Positions 51,901 to 64,000 of a DNA stretch of 64,000 bases are shown here, one piece after another. The position numbers and the translations under genes are program-made. Origin of the DNA: Macrostomum hystrix (Eukaryota > Animalia > Platyhelminthes). The DNA lies in assembly GCA_950097015.1 (NCBI GenBank), contig CATNEN010000034.1, positions 620,001 to 684,000 on the forward strand, in the 5' to 3' direction. Position 1 is the first letter of the stretch. Each line of letters begins with the position of its first letter. The notes under the pieces are model-generated. The model saw nothing but the letters and a program-made list of their open reading frames with translations. It was not told the DNA's origin and made no database searches.

Positions 51901-54900
51901 TGCCTGAAGTTATTTTTGGGTGTAATGAATTCGGTTTCAGATGCCTGAAGTTATTTTTGGGGTAATAAATACGGTTTCAGATGCCTGAAGTTATTTTGTG
52001 GGTAATAAATACGGTTTCAGATGCCTGAAGTTATTTTGTGGGTAATAAATACGGTTTCAGATGCCTGAAGTTATTTTGGGGGTAATAAATACGGTTTCAG
52101 ATACCTTAAGTTATTTTGGGTGTAATGAATTCGGTTTCAGATGCCTGAAAATATTTTTGTGTCTAATGAATTCGGTTTCAGATGCCTGAAGTTATTTTGG
52201 GTGTAATGAATTCGGTTTCAGATGCCTGAAATTATTTTTGGGTGTAATGAATTCGGTTTCAGATGCCTGAAGTTATTTTGGGTGTAATGAATTCGGTTTC
52301 AGATGCCTGAAGTTATTTTTGGGTGTAATGAATTCGGTTTCAGATGCCTGAAGTTATTTTGGGTGTAATGAATTCGGTTTCAGATGCCTGAAGTTATTTT
52401 GGATGTAATGAATTCGGTTTCAGGTGCCTGAAGTTATTTTGGGTGTAATGAATTTGGTTTCAGATGCCTGAAGTTATTTTTGGGTGTAATGAATTCGGTT
52501 TCAGATGCCTGAAGTTATTTTTGGGTGTAATGAATTCGGTTTCAGATGCCTGAAGTTATTTTTGGGTGTAATGACGGTTTCAGATGCCTGAAGTTATTTT
52601 TGGGTGTAATGAATTCGGTTTCAGATGCCTGAAGTTATTTTTGGGTGTAATGAATTCGGTTTCAGATGCCTGAAGTTATTTTTGGGTGTAATGAATTCGG
52701 TTTCAGATGCCTGAAGTTATTTTTGGGTGTAATGACGGTTTCAGATGCCTGAAGTTATTTTTGGGTGTAATGAATTCGGTTTCAGATGCCTGGAGTTATT
52801 TTTGGGTGTAATGAATTCGGTTTCAGATGCCTGGAGTTATTTTTGGGTGTAATGAATTCGTTTTCAGATGCCTGAAGTTATTAAAAACCTTTTATAACCT
52901 TCAGGTACCCAACTGTTCGCTGCCTGCTGGAGATGGTCATGACCTGCATGTACGAGTTCCCCTGCCAGTCCCTGCTCCATCGTGAGGGCCTCAGCTCCGA
53001 TGCTGTTCGAATGCGCGAACTGAGAGCTTCGGAAGCGGAGAAAACTCGAGTAGTGAGGCTGGAGATGCAGCTGGCTGGTACGGACATTACCGAGGCCAAC
53101 TCCCGCCTGCTGGGCTGGCTCATGGACAGCGCACCCTGCGGCCCGCCTAGGCAGCCGCCGGGTTGGGCCATTGCCCAGTTGCGCACACTCAACACTCAGT
53201 ATGGCATAGGGCTGCGATTGTGCCGCTCTCGGAATCCGGACTTCCTGTTGGATCTCATACAGGTGAGGCAGACTATAAACTACTCAATTCTTTTAACAGC
53301 GGAAAGATGCGTGTAGCCATTACAAATGCCCACATTTATATTTTTTTTGTCTCCCAAAAATAATGAACCAATCGCCATGAAAATCCAAAAGAATCACAAA
53401 CATGCATCACAAAGATGCATCGAGACAGTCACTGAAGCATCGAGACAGTCACTGAAGCATCGATACAGTCACTGAAGCATCGAGACAGTCACTGAAGCAT
53501 CGAGACAGTCACTGAAGCATCGATACAGTCACTGAAGCATCGAGACAGTCACTGATGCATCGAGACAGTCACTGAAGCATCGAGACAGTCACTGAAGCAT
53601 CGAGACAGTCACTGAAGCATCGAGACAGTCACTGATGCATCGAGACAGTCACTGAAGCATCGAGACAGTCACTGAAGCATCGAGACAGTCACTGAAGCAT
53701 CGAGACAGTCACTGATGCATCGAGACAGTCACTGAAGCATCGAGACAGTCACTGAAGCATCGAGACAGTCACTGAAGCATCGAGACAGTCACTGAAGCAT
53801 CGAGACAGTCACTGACGCATCGAGACAGTCACTGAAGCATCGAGACAGTCACTGAAGCATCGAGACAGTCACTGAAGCATCGAGATGTTCAACTATTCTT
53901 TTCGGGGTGTCATTGTAAACCAAAATTGAATCGCCATTCGATTATTCCGAGCAATGTTAGCTGTACTTGCCACCAGGGTGGTCTTTGACAAGAATCGCTG
54001 AATATCTTGACGATGCTGACGTCGGACGCGAAGTCGGCAGTGGATATTTGAAATACCCTCGTGTTCTTTCCCCAGGAAGCTAAATATCGTGGTATTCCGA
54101 TTCCATTTCAATAGAGATGAATTTCCTACTCACTATTCACAGTAGCATATATTGCTCTCATTCGCAGGTGTTCAGCCGCGCCGGCGCCAGTCAGCAGTGG
54201 CTAGTGCGTCTAGTTGACAACCTTGGCAATCAGAGCCTGTCAATCTTGCCAGTTCAGTGCCTAGCCGAGATTCTATTGGCCCACGTTGGGCACAACACCG
54301 AGCGGCGTCAGCAGCTGCTGGCCAGGCTCACCGCTCTAGTCAACAGTCCGGGCGACTCTGCCGACGACGATCTGATGGATGTGCGCCAACTGCTGGCTTA
54401 CTTCATGGCCCGACTGCGCGCCAGATCGGCTTGCATTCGCACCACCGCCGCCGACTGTCTGGCGCTCATTCTGGCGCCGACTAATTCTGGCCCTGATGAT
54501 AGCACGCCGAACAGTCACTGGCTTCTGGAGCGGCTGCCGGGACTGCCGCTTTTTCCCAGACTGCTGGCCTTCCTAGCCGGCCAGCTCGTCGAATGCCTGG
54601 CCGAGGAGACCTGTCCACGCGCACTGGGCGCCTACATTGCCTTCCTGACGCGTCATCTGCTCGACAGTCGGCTAGCTGGCGACGTTGACAACAAGCTCGG
54701 CCGAGCCTACCTGGACAACCTGGCCAGGCTGGTGCTGCGACGGCCGCTCACCGTCAGCCGGCTGGCCGCCTCGCATCGAGCCGCCGCTCTGCTGGCTTTG
54801 CGCGCTTTCGCAGTCAGCTTAGACCGACCGACACTGCTAAGCATTGAAGCGGTGGCTGGCGATGATGCCGACGCTGACGGCTCGCCTCTGATGGTCCGTC

Positions 54901-57900
54901 TGGCTGGGCACAAAGGCGAGCAGCCGACTGCCGTGTCACCTCGCCTGCTGCTTAGCCACCTGCTGATGCTGTCACTGGACCTGGGCCCTGAGGCTGAGCA
55001 GCATCGAGCTCGCCTTATCTCCGCATGGCTGAAGCCCGACGGCAGCTTGGCCGACGGCTGCGACAGCCTGTCAATGCCGGAGCCGGTGCTGGTCCGCCTG
55101 GCTCGCAGTCCGGACAGGCGCCTGGCCACTCTAGCCGCGTCCCGCACTGGCGCGCCCCTGCTAGTCCGCCTTCTGGCTAACGTCAGCGAGGCCTGGCCTG
55201 CTGGCTCCGTGTCCGCAGTGCTGGCAAGGCTGGAACAGCTAGTCGGCCAGCTAGGCGATCCAGCCAAGTGGGCCGTCGGCCACGCCACTCCGGTGCCCTG
55301 GTTGCGACTGCTGCATTGCGCCAGACGGCTTGGCCTCGGCGACAACGAGCCCGGCGTTCGGCTGCTGGCAAAACTAGCCGATGGCAACGAAGCCATGCAA
55401 GTCGACGGAGAAGTTCAATGCGACAGCGTCGAGCAATCGACTGGATGTCGACTGTTCGGAGGCGGCCAGACGGCTTCAATTGGCGGTGGGGTGCCCGATC
55501 GTCATCGCGTTGATGGTGCGGCCTCATCTGATGTCAAGCCCGAGGAGCTGGTTAAACTGCTCGGCGAAGGCCGTCGCGGTCGCAGTCGGCTTCGTCGTTT
55601 TCTGCATCGCGTTAGCTCCGATTCCGCTTTTGCCTCGGCCTGTCGCGAGCTGCTCCGTGAGCGGCTGTTAAAGGCGTCACCAACTTCATCGGCTGCCTTC
55701 GCCGACTCCCTAGCTAGGCAGCAGTGGCTGGCCGGCCCGCTGTTCGCCAAGCTGTTCCCGCCGCACAGTGTTGCCCTCGCCGACTCGACTAGTAGTCGCC
55801 TAGCCAAGGACATCGCCAATCGCCTGCCAGCTGGCAGTGCGGCCCGACGGACTCTCCTTAGCCTGCTGCCGCCCAAAGCGCCAGCGTCAACTTTGGCGAA
55901 GCTTCCTTCGATTGTTGATCCGTCCATGCAGTCCTTGGACGACCTTCGTCGAGCTTGTCTGACCAGCTCTGGCCACGGCAGCGGTGGCGAAATTGTCAAC
56001 GGAGCCGCCCTGGACTACCTCTGCCTGGCTGACCCAGCCTTCCCGCCGGCTAGCGAAGTCTTTCAACAGCGAAGAGTATCTCATCAGCGCGACGAGTTCT
56101 CGGCTGCCGATGCTGGCGCCAGTCGCTACCTGGCCGCCCTGCTGCTTCACCGCTCCGACCTGGCCGACCTGCCTCGGACCGTTCGCCAAGTCCTGGCTGA
56201 CGATGCCAGCTTCGGCTCAGTTGACCCCGGCCTCCTGTTAGACACATACCAAGCCTGCCAGCGACATCCGAAACTGCTCCTGCCCGGCGACCACGGAAGC
56301 AAGGCGTTGACGCAGACGCCGCCAATGCGAGCTACAACGGCTGAGGTACTCCGATTGGCTCAGCTGGCAGTTCGCGAGGCCGACAGCAACGCCTCCGGGC
56401 GCCTCCTGGACAGTCGGGCCGATCTAATCTGCGCCCAATTGTCCGATGAGTCCGCCGTAGAACATGTCGACATTGCGTCGCTGCTCTATTCAGGATCAGC
56501 TTCGGCGCTGGACGGTGGAACCGCCGACGACCGGCGCGTCAGTGCGCGCGCTCTGATTCACTGGCTCAGAACAGCGGGCAAGACCTCCGCCGGCGCGCGC
56601 CGTCTCCGTCTGGCTCTCTACTGCCGCCTGCCCATGCTGGGACCACCGCCGTCACCGTCGCTAGAGTCTGACTTCGAAGTCGAGGAGGCGCAGCTGCAGC
56701 CTGGAGATCCTGTGCTGGCGTACGGTCACCGTGTGCTGGCTGGCATGGCGAGCCACTGCGAGTCCGCTCAGTCCATCAGCGCCACCGCCTGTCGAGTCCT
56801 GGCGGCCAGGCATCCCCGCCTGCTGGTTCCAATGCTGCCCGCTGCGGCAGCCCTGCTTAGCGGCCGCTGCCTACTGCCGTTCGCTGAGTTTCGCTGGCAG
56901 GGACCGATGGCAATGTTTGTCTATTTGGTCCAGGTGTGTACTCATTCAGTACTCCATTGAGTTTTCTCTAAGACGTCAACCTATAGGATGACACCTAATC
57001 TGTTAGTTTAGAAAACGACACTTCAATCTAGAAAATCTAGCAGTACACTGTCCTAAAAATCATACTTAGAACTTCTACTAACCCAATTGCAGGTCCTGGA
57101 GCACCTGGGTCCCGGCCTCTACCTGTCCGACTCAGTTAGGCCCGCTGTGGACGCCATCCTTACAAGCTACGCCCGGGCCCTCCACCGCTACCGTGACAAC
57201 GCCAGAAACATTGTCATTCAACTGGGCGCCAAGCTCACCCAGCTGCTCCGCGCCTATGCGACCGCGTCGCCTGCGCCAGCTCGCCGACTGCTCGTCCGAC
57301 TGCGGCCGCTGCTGGCCTCGCTGCCGTCCGATCTGACCGACTCGCTGCCCGACTTGGCTGCTCTGCTAGCCGGCGTCGCCGAATCGGGCGAGGTCAGCTC
57401 CGTTTGCGCCGCCGCATCTGTCCCGTCTTCCGTCGCCGCCGGCCGACTAGCTCCGTCAACTGTGGCCGCCTACCGGAAGCGGCTGCGCCAGCTCGACAGC
57501 CTGGCCGACCTGACCGACGCTCTGCGCGAACTAGACGACAAAAGCCGTCGCCGGCCAGACCAATTGGACAATTTTATTGGCGACATTGAGTGCCTATTAG
57601 GCGTGGCCTGTCCAGAGATTCGAGCCCCCGCCCTAGCCCTGCTGCTTCGCCAGGCTCGGCTGGACTCTCCAGTCGACAGCGGCGTCGGCGACTCTTTTGA
57701 TCCTGCGCTGCGCCTGCTGCAGCCGGGCGCCGAGCCGGGAGCCCAGGCCCAGCTGCTCGCCTGCCTACCCGAATTGGCCTCCGTATGGCCCGAACGGGCG
57801 CCCATCCTGCTGACCGCCGTTGCCCGTCTGGCCGCCGGCGGGGTGCCCGACGCTACCAGAGCCTACGGCGCCGCCCTTGACCAGCTGAATCTGGAATCGC

Positions 57901-58064
57901 TGCTGCCCGGAGCTGTTGTCGCCACTGATGCCGCAGCGGACGCGCCAGCTAGTTCAGCAACCGCTGAATCAGTCGACGATTCATCAGCCACCACCGCCGC
58001 CGCCGCCGCCGCCGCTGCTATTTCTGCCGCGGCTTTAGATGCTACTGTGAAAGCAGAAGTCTGA
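45995..58064 (+). CDS. INTS1: Integrator complex subunit 1; exons 45995-46034, 47719-48743, 49572-50047, 50132-50845, 52905-53262, 54168-56933, 57093-58064 (2116 aa)
   Basis: Recalled INTS1 motifs: GSFHALGNK, LCGALVQL, SLAYLAK, WPEPILRAYVEDSIGERYWVD, RLEMWLQ, NELSSGVRNPNN, YPTVRCLLEMVMT, SRNPDFLLDLIQ, LPVQCLAEILL, RHPRLLV. All six introns are GT-AG with matching phases; 6351 nt = 2117 codons. Exon 1 (MSVNMRRSIKPHG, donor GTGAGT at 46035) is the least certain. Confidence 0.9.
48845..49533. repeat. 21-bp minisatellite (tgatctgattgataattatgt), INTS1 intron 2
   Basis: ~33 copies, degenerate from ~48795. Confidence 0.95.
50970..52882. repeat. ~40-bp minisatellite (ttcggtttcagatgcctgaagttattttgggtgtaatgaa), INTS1 intron 4
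   Basis: ~45-50 copies with length variants. Confidence 0.97.
53415..53885. repeat. 20-bp minisatellite (gcatcgagacagtcactgaa), INTS1 intron 5
   Basis: ~23 copies. Confidence 0.97.
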
Positions 58065-59384
58065 AGCTTGCTACTACGATGTGGATTTTCTTTCTGTTTG
58101 CTTGTGTAACTCAAAAGGCAGCTAGCAATGTCCTAATTTACTGTTTCGTACGTCAACATTCACCTGGTGAAAACTGTTTAGGAAATTCTAACATTGGTAC
58201 AAATCTGCTAGTTAATCTCGTTATTCGTCTGGCCTCTCCAAGTTTCATTATTTATCAACAGTTTTTTTGAACAACTTTTAAGCTGCTGCTTAAAATTCTA
58301 AGGTTGCTAAGCGGTTGCTACCCTATTGTTCAACTTGTCCCTGCTTGTCTCTGTAGCTCCGGCCGGTTCGCAGTCTTTCCAAGTGCCAGTTTTCGCTGTT
58401 TGATTTGTTTGCTAGCTAATTATATACTTATCTCAATGCTATTTCTTATGTAGTCCGCCTGTTCATTTGCTTATCAGCTACTGTTAGTAGGTAGAAGTGC
58501 CTAATACTCTACCGGCTCCTGTTATTCTATTTAGTTACTTATGCGCGTGCTTCTCTGTCTATTTAAATCCGTTTTCTCCCGGTCCGTTTGCTGTTGAATT
58601 TTTTCCGCAGTTCTCCCCTTAATTAAACTGTAGTAAAATTAGTAATTTTAATTCTGTCTTACACTGCCTGTTCTCATCGATAATATATTTCTAAGTTGGC
58701 CAGCTTGTTTGCGACTCATCACTAGCTGTAACGGAGAGTTGTCGCCTATATAGCCAACAACAGAAGCAGACTAAATTGCTGAACAAACCTTTAAAATGCC
58801 TCTTCCGTCATTCGTCATGTTTAACTCATTTTTTCACATCAGCCTACTTCTAGTAGGTTACTCCGGGTTTTGTTGTGTTTCAGTCACAGCAGCACAGCAA
58901 AACTGGCCCACCAAATGCAGTCCTAGCTGATTTACTACTTCATTTTATTTTCTGGCTGCTGCTTCCGGTATATCAGCTGAAAGAAATCAACTGGCACATT
59001 GATTGGTGTTGAGGTATCTTAGCAAGAGGGCAATTAAATCACTAGGCTAAACATATCGTGTTGAAATCTGCTATTTTGCCTGCAGAAAAATATTCAGCTA
59101 TAAACCAGTTCGCTTATTGCTCAAAGACTTGAAGATTTAAGCAAAAAAATACTGAAAAATGGAAGAGGAAAGATAAAATTGCTGCTTTTTTATCCTACTT
59201 TTCGCCTACAAAATGGACTCCGAGCTAAGAAAGGAATTTCATTTTGCCCAGTGGGATATTAAAATAAGAGACAACGGGCTACTTTTATTCTCTCTTCCGG
59301 CCCACTGATTTGCGCGATTTGGGATCTGCTCAATCGGCTGCGACTCCTCCCTTCAGTAGGACTTTGTGCTGAAGCCAATCTGAG

Positions 59385-60031
59385 ATGCTACCTCCATTGT
59401 GTCAGCTGTGCTGCCTCCATTGTGTCAGCTGTGCTGCCTCCATTGTGTCAGCTGTGCTGCCTCCATTGTGTCAGCTGTGCTACCTCCATTGTGTCAGCTG
59501 TGCTACCTCTATTGTGTCAGCTGTGCTACCTCCATTGTGTCAGCTGTGCTACCTCTATTGTGTCAGCTGTGCTACCTCCATTGTGTCAGTTGTGCTACCT
59601 CCTTTGTGTCAGCTGTGCTGCCTCCATTGTTTCAGCTGTGTCAGCTGTGTCAGCTGTGTCAGCTGTGTCAGCTGTGTCAGCTGTGTCAGCTGTGCTGCCT
59701 CCATTGTGTCAGTTGTGCTACCTCCATTGTGTCAGTTGTGCTACCTCCATTGTGTCAGCTGTGCTGCCTCAACTGTGTCAGCTGTGCTGCCTCCATTGTG
59801 TCAGCTGTGCTGCCTCCATTGTGTCAGCTGTGCTACCTCCATTGTGTCAGCTGTGCTACCTCCATTGTGTCAGCTGTGCTGCCTCCATTGTGTCAGCTGT
59901 GCTGCCTCCATTGTGTCAGCTGTGCTGCCTCCATTGTGTCAGCTGTGATGCCTCCATTGTGTCAGCTGTGCTGCCTCCATTGTGTCAGCTGTGCTGCCTC
60001 CATTGTGTCAGCTGTGTCAGCTGTGTCAGCT
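59385..60031. repeat. 23-bp minisatellite (cctccattgtgtcagctgtgctg) with 9-bp sub-run (tcagctgtg)
   Basis: Tandem copies with an internal 9-bp expansion at ~59630-59695. Confidence 0.95.
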
Positions 60032-61137
60032 ACATGCTCCCTCTACTCTCTTACATGCTGCATCCGATTGTAATTAATGAAGTTGGATAAAATGAAGTGT
60101 TTGACAATTTTTTACACGTTCGTGTGCCCATGATGCACAGCGCTGTTACTAATGGGAAATAGAAAGATCGACGAATCCCCTTTATCTTCATCAGCATCCC
60201 CCTGAATGCGCCTCGTTTCCCTTTCCTTTCCCCGCCTCTTCGCCTACAGAGGCGGCGCCCGCCCCCTAAACTGCCGATGGCTCCCTCCAATGGGAGGCCC
60301 TCCGCGCCCCGCCCGCCGGTGCCTGATATCCCCGCCAGAATTATCCCCTATCCGCTATTCTCGCAGCCAATTTTCACACTGCTCAAACTGCTCTCCCCCG
60401 CTCAGTGCGGTGGGGTGGAGGTGCGGGAAGACCCACACGGTTGGATGAGGATCAGAGACTCATGGGGGAGGGAGGACCCGCTCGAGTCGAGACTGCGGAA
60501 AACAAAAGGCCGAATCGGGGCTGGCAAAAAGCTCCCACCTTTTCTGCTCGTTGCTCCTTAATTGCGATATCGCCTATAGGAGATTTCTCTTCTGAATTTG
60601 CTGAAGCGCGGCTCTAAGGCGCCTGAACAAACCGAGAGCAGGTTGAGCAACTCTGCCCAGTCACTCCGCCAACGTCTATATCGTCTATATAGTATTTTGC
60701 GGATACCAAACTCAACTGAGTACCTCTGCCAACCCGACTGGCTCAAATCTATAATTGAGATTTATTTAAAGATCCTAGTTTGTTGGGTCCAATAATAGGA
60801 GTTTTCATAGCACTCTATTCCCTGCTAGATTTACGAATTGGCTGTGCTCACGCCAAGTGTGTGTATAGATCATGTCCGGCCACGGCACCGACTGTCACAG
60901 ACTGGGCAGGTAAGAACGAAAATAATTTCTCTATATTTATTGATTGCTATAATTTCTTCATTAAACAGTATTGCTTCGAGTGGACAGGTGCATAGCATCG
61001 ATAAGCAAGCGGACAGTGAGTCAAGGACATGTAGAGAGAAATAATTGTCTACCTGTCCACTCCCCTCTACATCTCTCTGTGTGTCTACCTGTCTACTCTA
61101 TGACCGCTACTCGGTTATTTGTAGAGACGGAGAAGAG

Positions 61138-61776
61138 AGGACAGGTAGACAGAGACAGGAGAGGAGTGGTCAGGTAGACGGAGACAGGAGAGGAGTGGAC
61201 AGGTAGACGGAGACAGGAGAGGAGTGGACAGGTAGACGGAGACAGGAGAGGAGTGGACAGGTAGACGGAGACAGGAGAGGAGTGGACAGGTAGACGGAGA
61301 CAGGAGAGGAGTGGACATGTAGACGGAGACAGGAGAGGAGTGGACATGTAGACGGAGACAGGAGAGGAGTGGACAGGTAGACGGAGACAGGGAGAGGAGT
61401 GGACAGGTAGACGGAGACAGGGAGAGGAGTGGACAGGTAGACGGAGACAGGGAGAGGAGTGGACAGGTAGACGGAGACAGGAGAGGAGTGGACAGGTAGA
61501 CGGAGACAGGAGAGGAGTGGACAGGTAGACGGAGACAGGAGAGGAGTGGACAGGTAGACGGAGACAGGAGAGGAGTGGACAGGTAGACGGAGACAGGAGA
61601 GGAGTGGACAGGTAGACGGAGACAGGAGAGGAGTGGACAGGTAGACGGAGACAGGGAGAGGAGTGGACAGGCAGACAGGGAGAGGAGTGGACAGGTAGAC
61701 AGAGACAGGAGAGGAGTGGACAGGTAGACGGAGACAGGGAGAGGAGTGGACAGGCAGACAGGGAGAGGAGTGGACG
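61138..61776. repeat. 29/30-bp purine-rich minisatellite (aggtagacggagacaggagaggagtggac)
   Basis: ~22 copies. Confidence 0.95.
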
Positions 61777-63937
61777 GGCAGCTAGAGACGAAGATTAAGT
61801 AGACAGACACGGTAAGAGAAGAGCTGATAGCTGATAGGTAGGGAAGAGTGCAGTTGTAGCCGGTATGCTGTGCCCACACCTAGTCATTGTCATTGTTAGC
61901 ATTAGGCACCTAAAATTCTGATTGCTTATCGCCTGACAAAGAGAAGTGTTAAAAAGGTATATAAACAGGTGCCTAAATGCGTTTCGGTATTCTAATATCT
62001 TGAGTAAACAAATCATTTAAGAATTTGCAAGCTGGGTCAGTTCCTTATATTATTCTGAAGGGGATTCTAATTGTAGGGCTCGACTATATGAAATCCGCAG
62101 CAAATGTGAACAAAGACAGAATTAGCGATTAAAAAATGACGTCACTTTAGTGTAGTAAGGGCGTGATTTACTATTTTTTTTATCACCAGTTGAATAGGGA
62201 GCCCACTTCTTTGCCTTCTCTTATCTTCGCATTAATCAGATGCAACTTATGTGCACAGATACCAGTTTCATATTGACACCTGATCCGAGGTGCATACGTT
62301 TATCTGCATACTGAATTAATGAAGCTCCACGATTTTCTCTTCTCAAATTATATATTGCCGGGTGCCCCGGATACAAGTGGAGATAATTCAAGTTTTCTAT
62401 AAAACTATTTCAGCCCGACCTCCGTATATTTGTTCCGTTGTTGATCTCAACTTTCCCGACATGCACCCCAAATGTGGCTTCTTAGCTCCCAAAAATAGAG
62501 GCAAACAGATCGACTGACTGTTTTGTCTACTTTGCCTGCAACTGACAGTCTCCATATAGTCCACAGACCGGATGTGGGGTAGTTAGTGTGCTTAAAGGGG
62601 ATGAAAATGAATTCACAACGCGCGCGCACACTGACAGTCAATACGCAAGCTATAGAAGGCAGAAACCAAATCGAAATAGTAGAAAAAAAGCTGTGAAAAA
62701 AGTAGTGAAACGAACAGCAGATGTCGCTTCTTTTTTGCCTGCATATTTGAGTCAACTAATATTTGAGCGGCGAGCAGTCACCAGTTGCTAATGCAATGAA
62801 AACTGCGTCAGGTGCAGTGGCATAAGCAGTAGTCTTCATCTGCCGCGCGTAGGTCCCAACAGCGTCAGCCAATGTTCTACTAATGACCAATGACCAGCAA
62901 TAGCGATAATTGTTGTTAAAATGGGGCGACTTTTGACAGCCAACTAACTGCCCCAGATAAGAATCTGTTCTGTTTACGGATAATTTATCCAACTGAATCC
63001 TATAAACAGAGTTCTTTGAATGATCGCTTTCACAATTCAAGCAATTAGCCTCTTGGGATGAGGGAGAGAATGGGATCAGTCCGTTGTTGCAGTTATCCTC
63101 AGGGGAGTGCTCAGTTAACTATTCTCCCCTCGCGGAGTCATGCAGAATTTGAGCAATAATATAAATCGGTCCTGGCTTTATTCAATGCTTTATAGTCACT
63201 CGCACACAAACACACGCACAGTGAGTTGAGTTCTCATAAAGCTGCTGCCGCCGCGGTCGCGACGTCAAGTTTAAACACGATGACTTCGCGATTCGGTTGG
63301 GGGTAGGGCAGTGAGATGGTTGAAAGGCTTGGCTGGAGCAACAGGCCGCTGCGGAGGTGGGGTTGGCTGCCAGATAATTGGCCGGATAATTGGACCGCTG
63401 GACCTCATCCATCAGCGGGCCTTTCGTGCCTTCTGTCTTCTGGTATCGAGTCAGAAATTCAACGAGAGGAGAGGGAAAAGGGGAGAGATCGAGCCAGCCA
63501 GTGTCCCAAAATTTACGACTCAAGAGCCGAACAAAAGCAGCTATAGTTGAGCAGTTAAGTTTCAGTTTTTTTCTTCTTTAGAAAATGAGGCTGCTGCAAA
63601 ACTCCCATGAAAAATAGACAGGGCTATATAAAGTTGGGAGCCTGATCTGGACACACCAATTATCCCCCCCGCATGAGACTGTTCCCAAATTCCCAGAGTT
63701 TTTTGTGGCAGCAATTTATATTAAGACTTTAAGCTACGGACCGCAGAGAGCCACAGAAATATATTAGATAAGGCAAGAATGTGAGGTTCTCTATCCAAAT
63801 ATTCCAGGCTTTATCTACAAGTCTTGGACCCCTGAATGTAGAACCTGAAGAGTCAACACCCGGCCTAACCAGCAATTTCCAGTAAATACTGAACTGCCTG
63901 TCTCACATTTACACTGGGCAGATGAGCTATCAAACAA

Positions 63938-63993
63938 GGGGTTGTAGCCTAGTGGTTAGAAGGTCGGTGGTTCGATTCTTGACTCCACTGGAA
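63938..63993 (+). mobile_element. SINE tRNA-head remnant
   Basis: ggggttgtagcctagtggttaga-aggtcggtggttcgattcttgactccactggaac matches the family head, with a deletion between the A and B boxes. At the window edge. Confidence 0.6.
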
Positions 63994-64000
63994 CTATCTC

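Noticed and set aside
63820-63834. hAT TIR-like agtcttggacccctg
   Set aside because: Poor match to the MITE TIR, with no partner TIR or TSD in the window.

Overview
Eukaryotic (metazoan) genomic DNA. GC-rich, Ala-rich exons separated by minisatellite-filled introns suggest a Macrostomum-like flatworm; this is inference only. Five spliced protein-coding genes can be reconstructed by hand, all on the + strand, with GT-AG introns and matching phases: (1) the 3' part of a DDX5/DDX17/Dbp2-type DEAD-box helicase (<1-4273); (2) a compact Scm-type Polycomb gene with 2 MBT repeats and a SAM domain (5418-8394); (3) an Hmx/NK5 homeobox gene (18489-21525) in a gene-poor region (~10 kb upstream, ~19 kb downstream); (4) an intact 494-aa cytochrome P450-fold gene (40447-43920); (5) Integrator subunit 1, INTS1 (45995-58064, 7 exons, 2116 aa). 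About 28 tandem arrays cover roughly 18 kb (~29%). Mobile elements: a non-autonomous hAT element with 8-bp TSDs carrying a minisatellite, five full or partial copies of a tRNA-headed CORE-type SINE (one with a 12-bp TSD), and a decayed RTEX-like LINE 3' end. The most striking observation is the P450-fold protein: the heme-ligating Cys aligns to Ser and the I-helix catalytic motif is gone, although the reading frame is intact. It may be a P450 pseudo-enzyme or a natural Ser-ligated P450. Other leads are a structured element and poison-exon candidates in the conserved Dbp2/DDX5 intron, and related minisatellite families. All family assignments are from recalled motifs; no database search was run.
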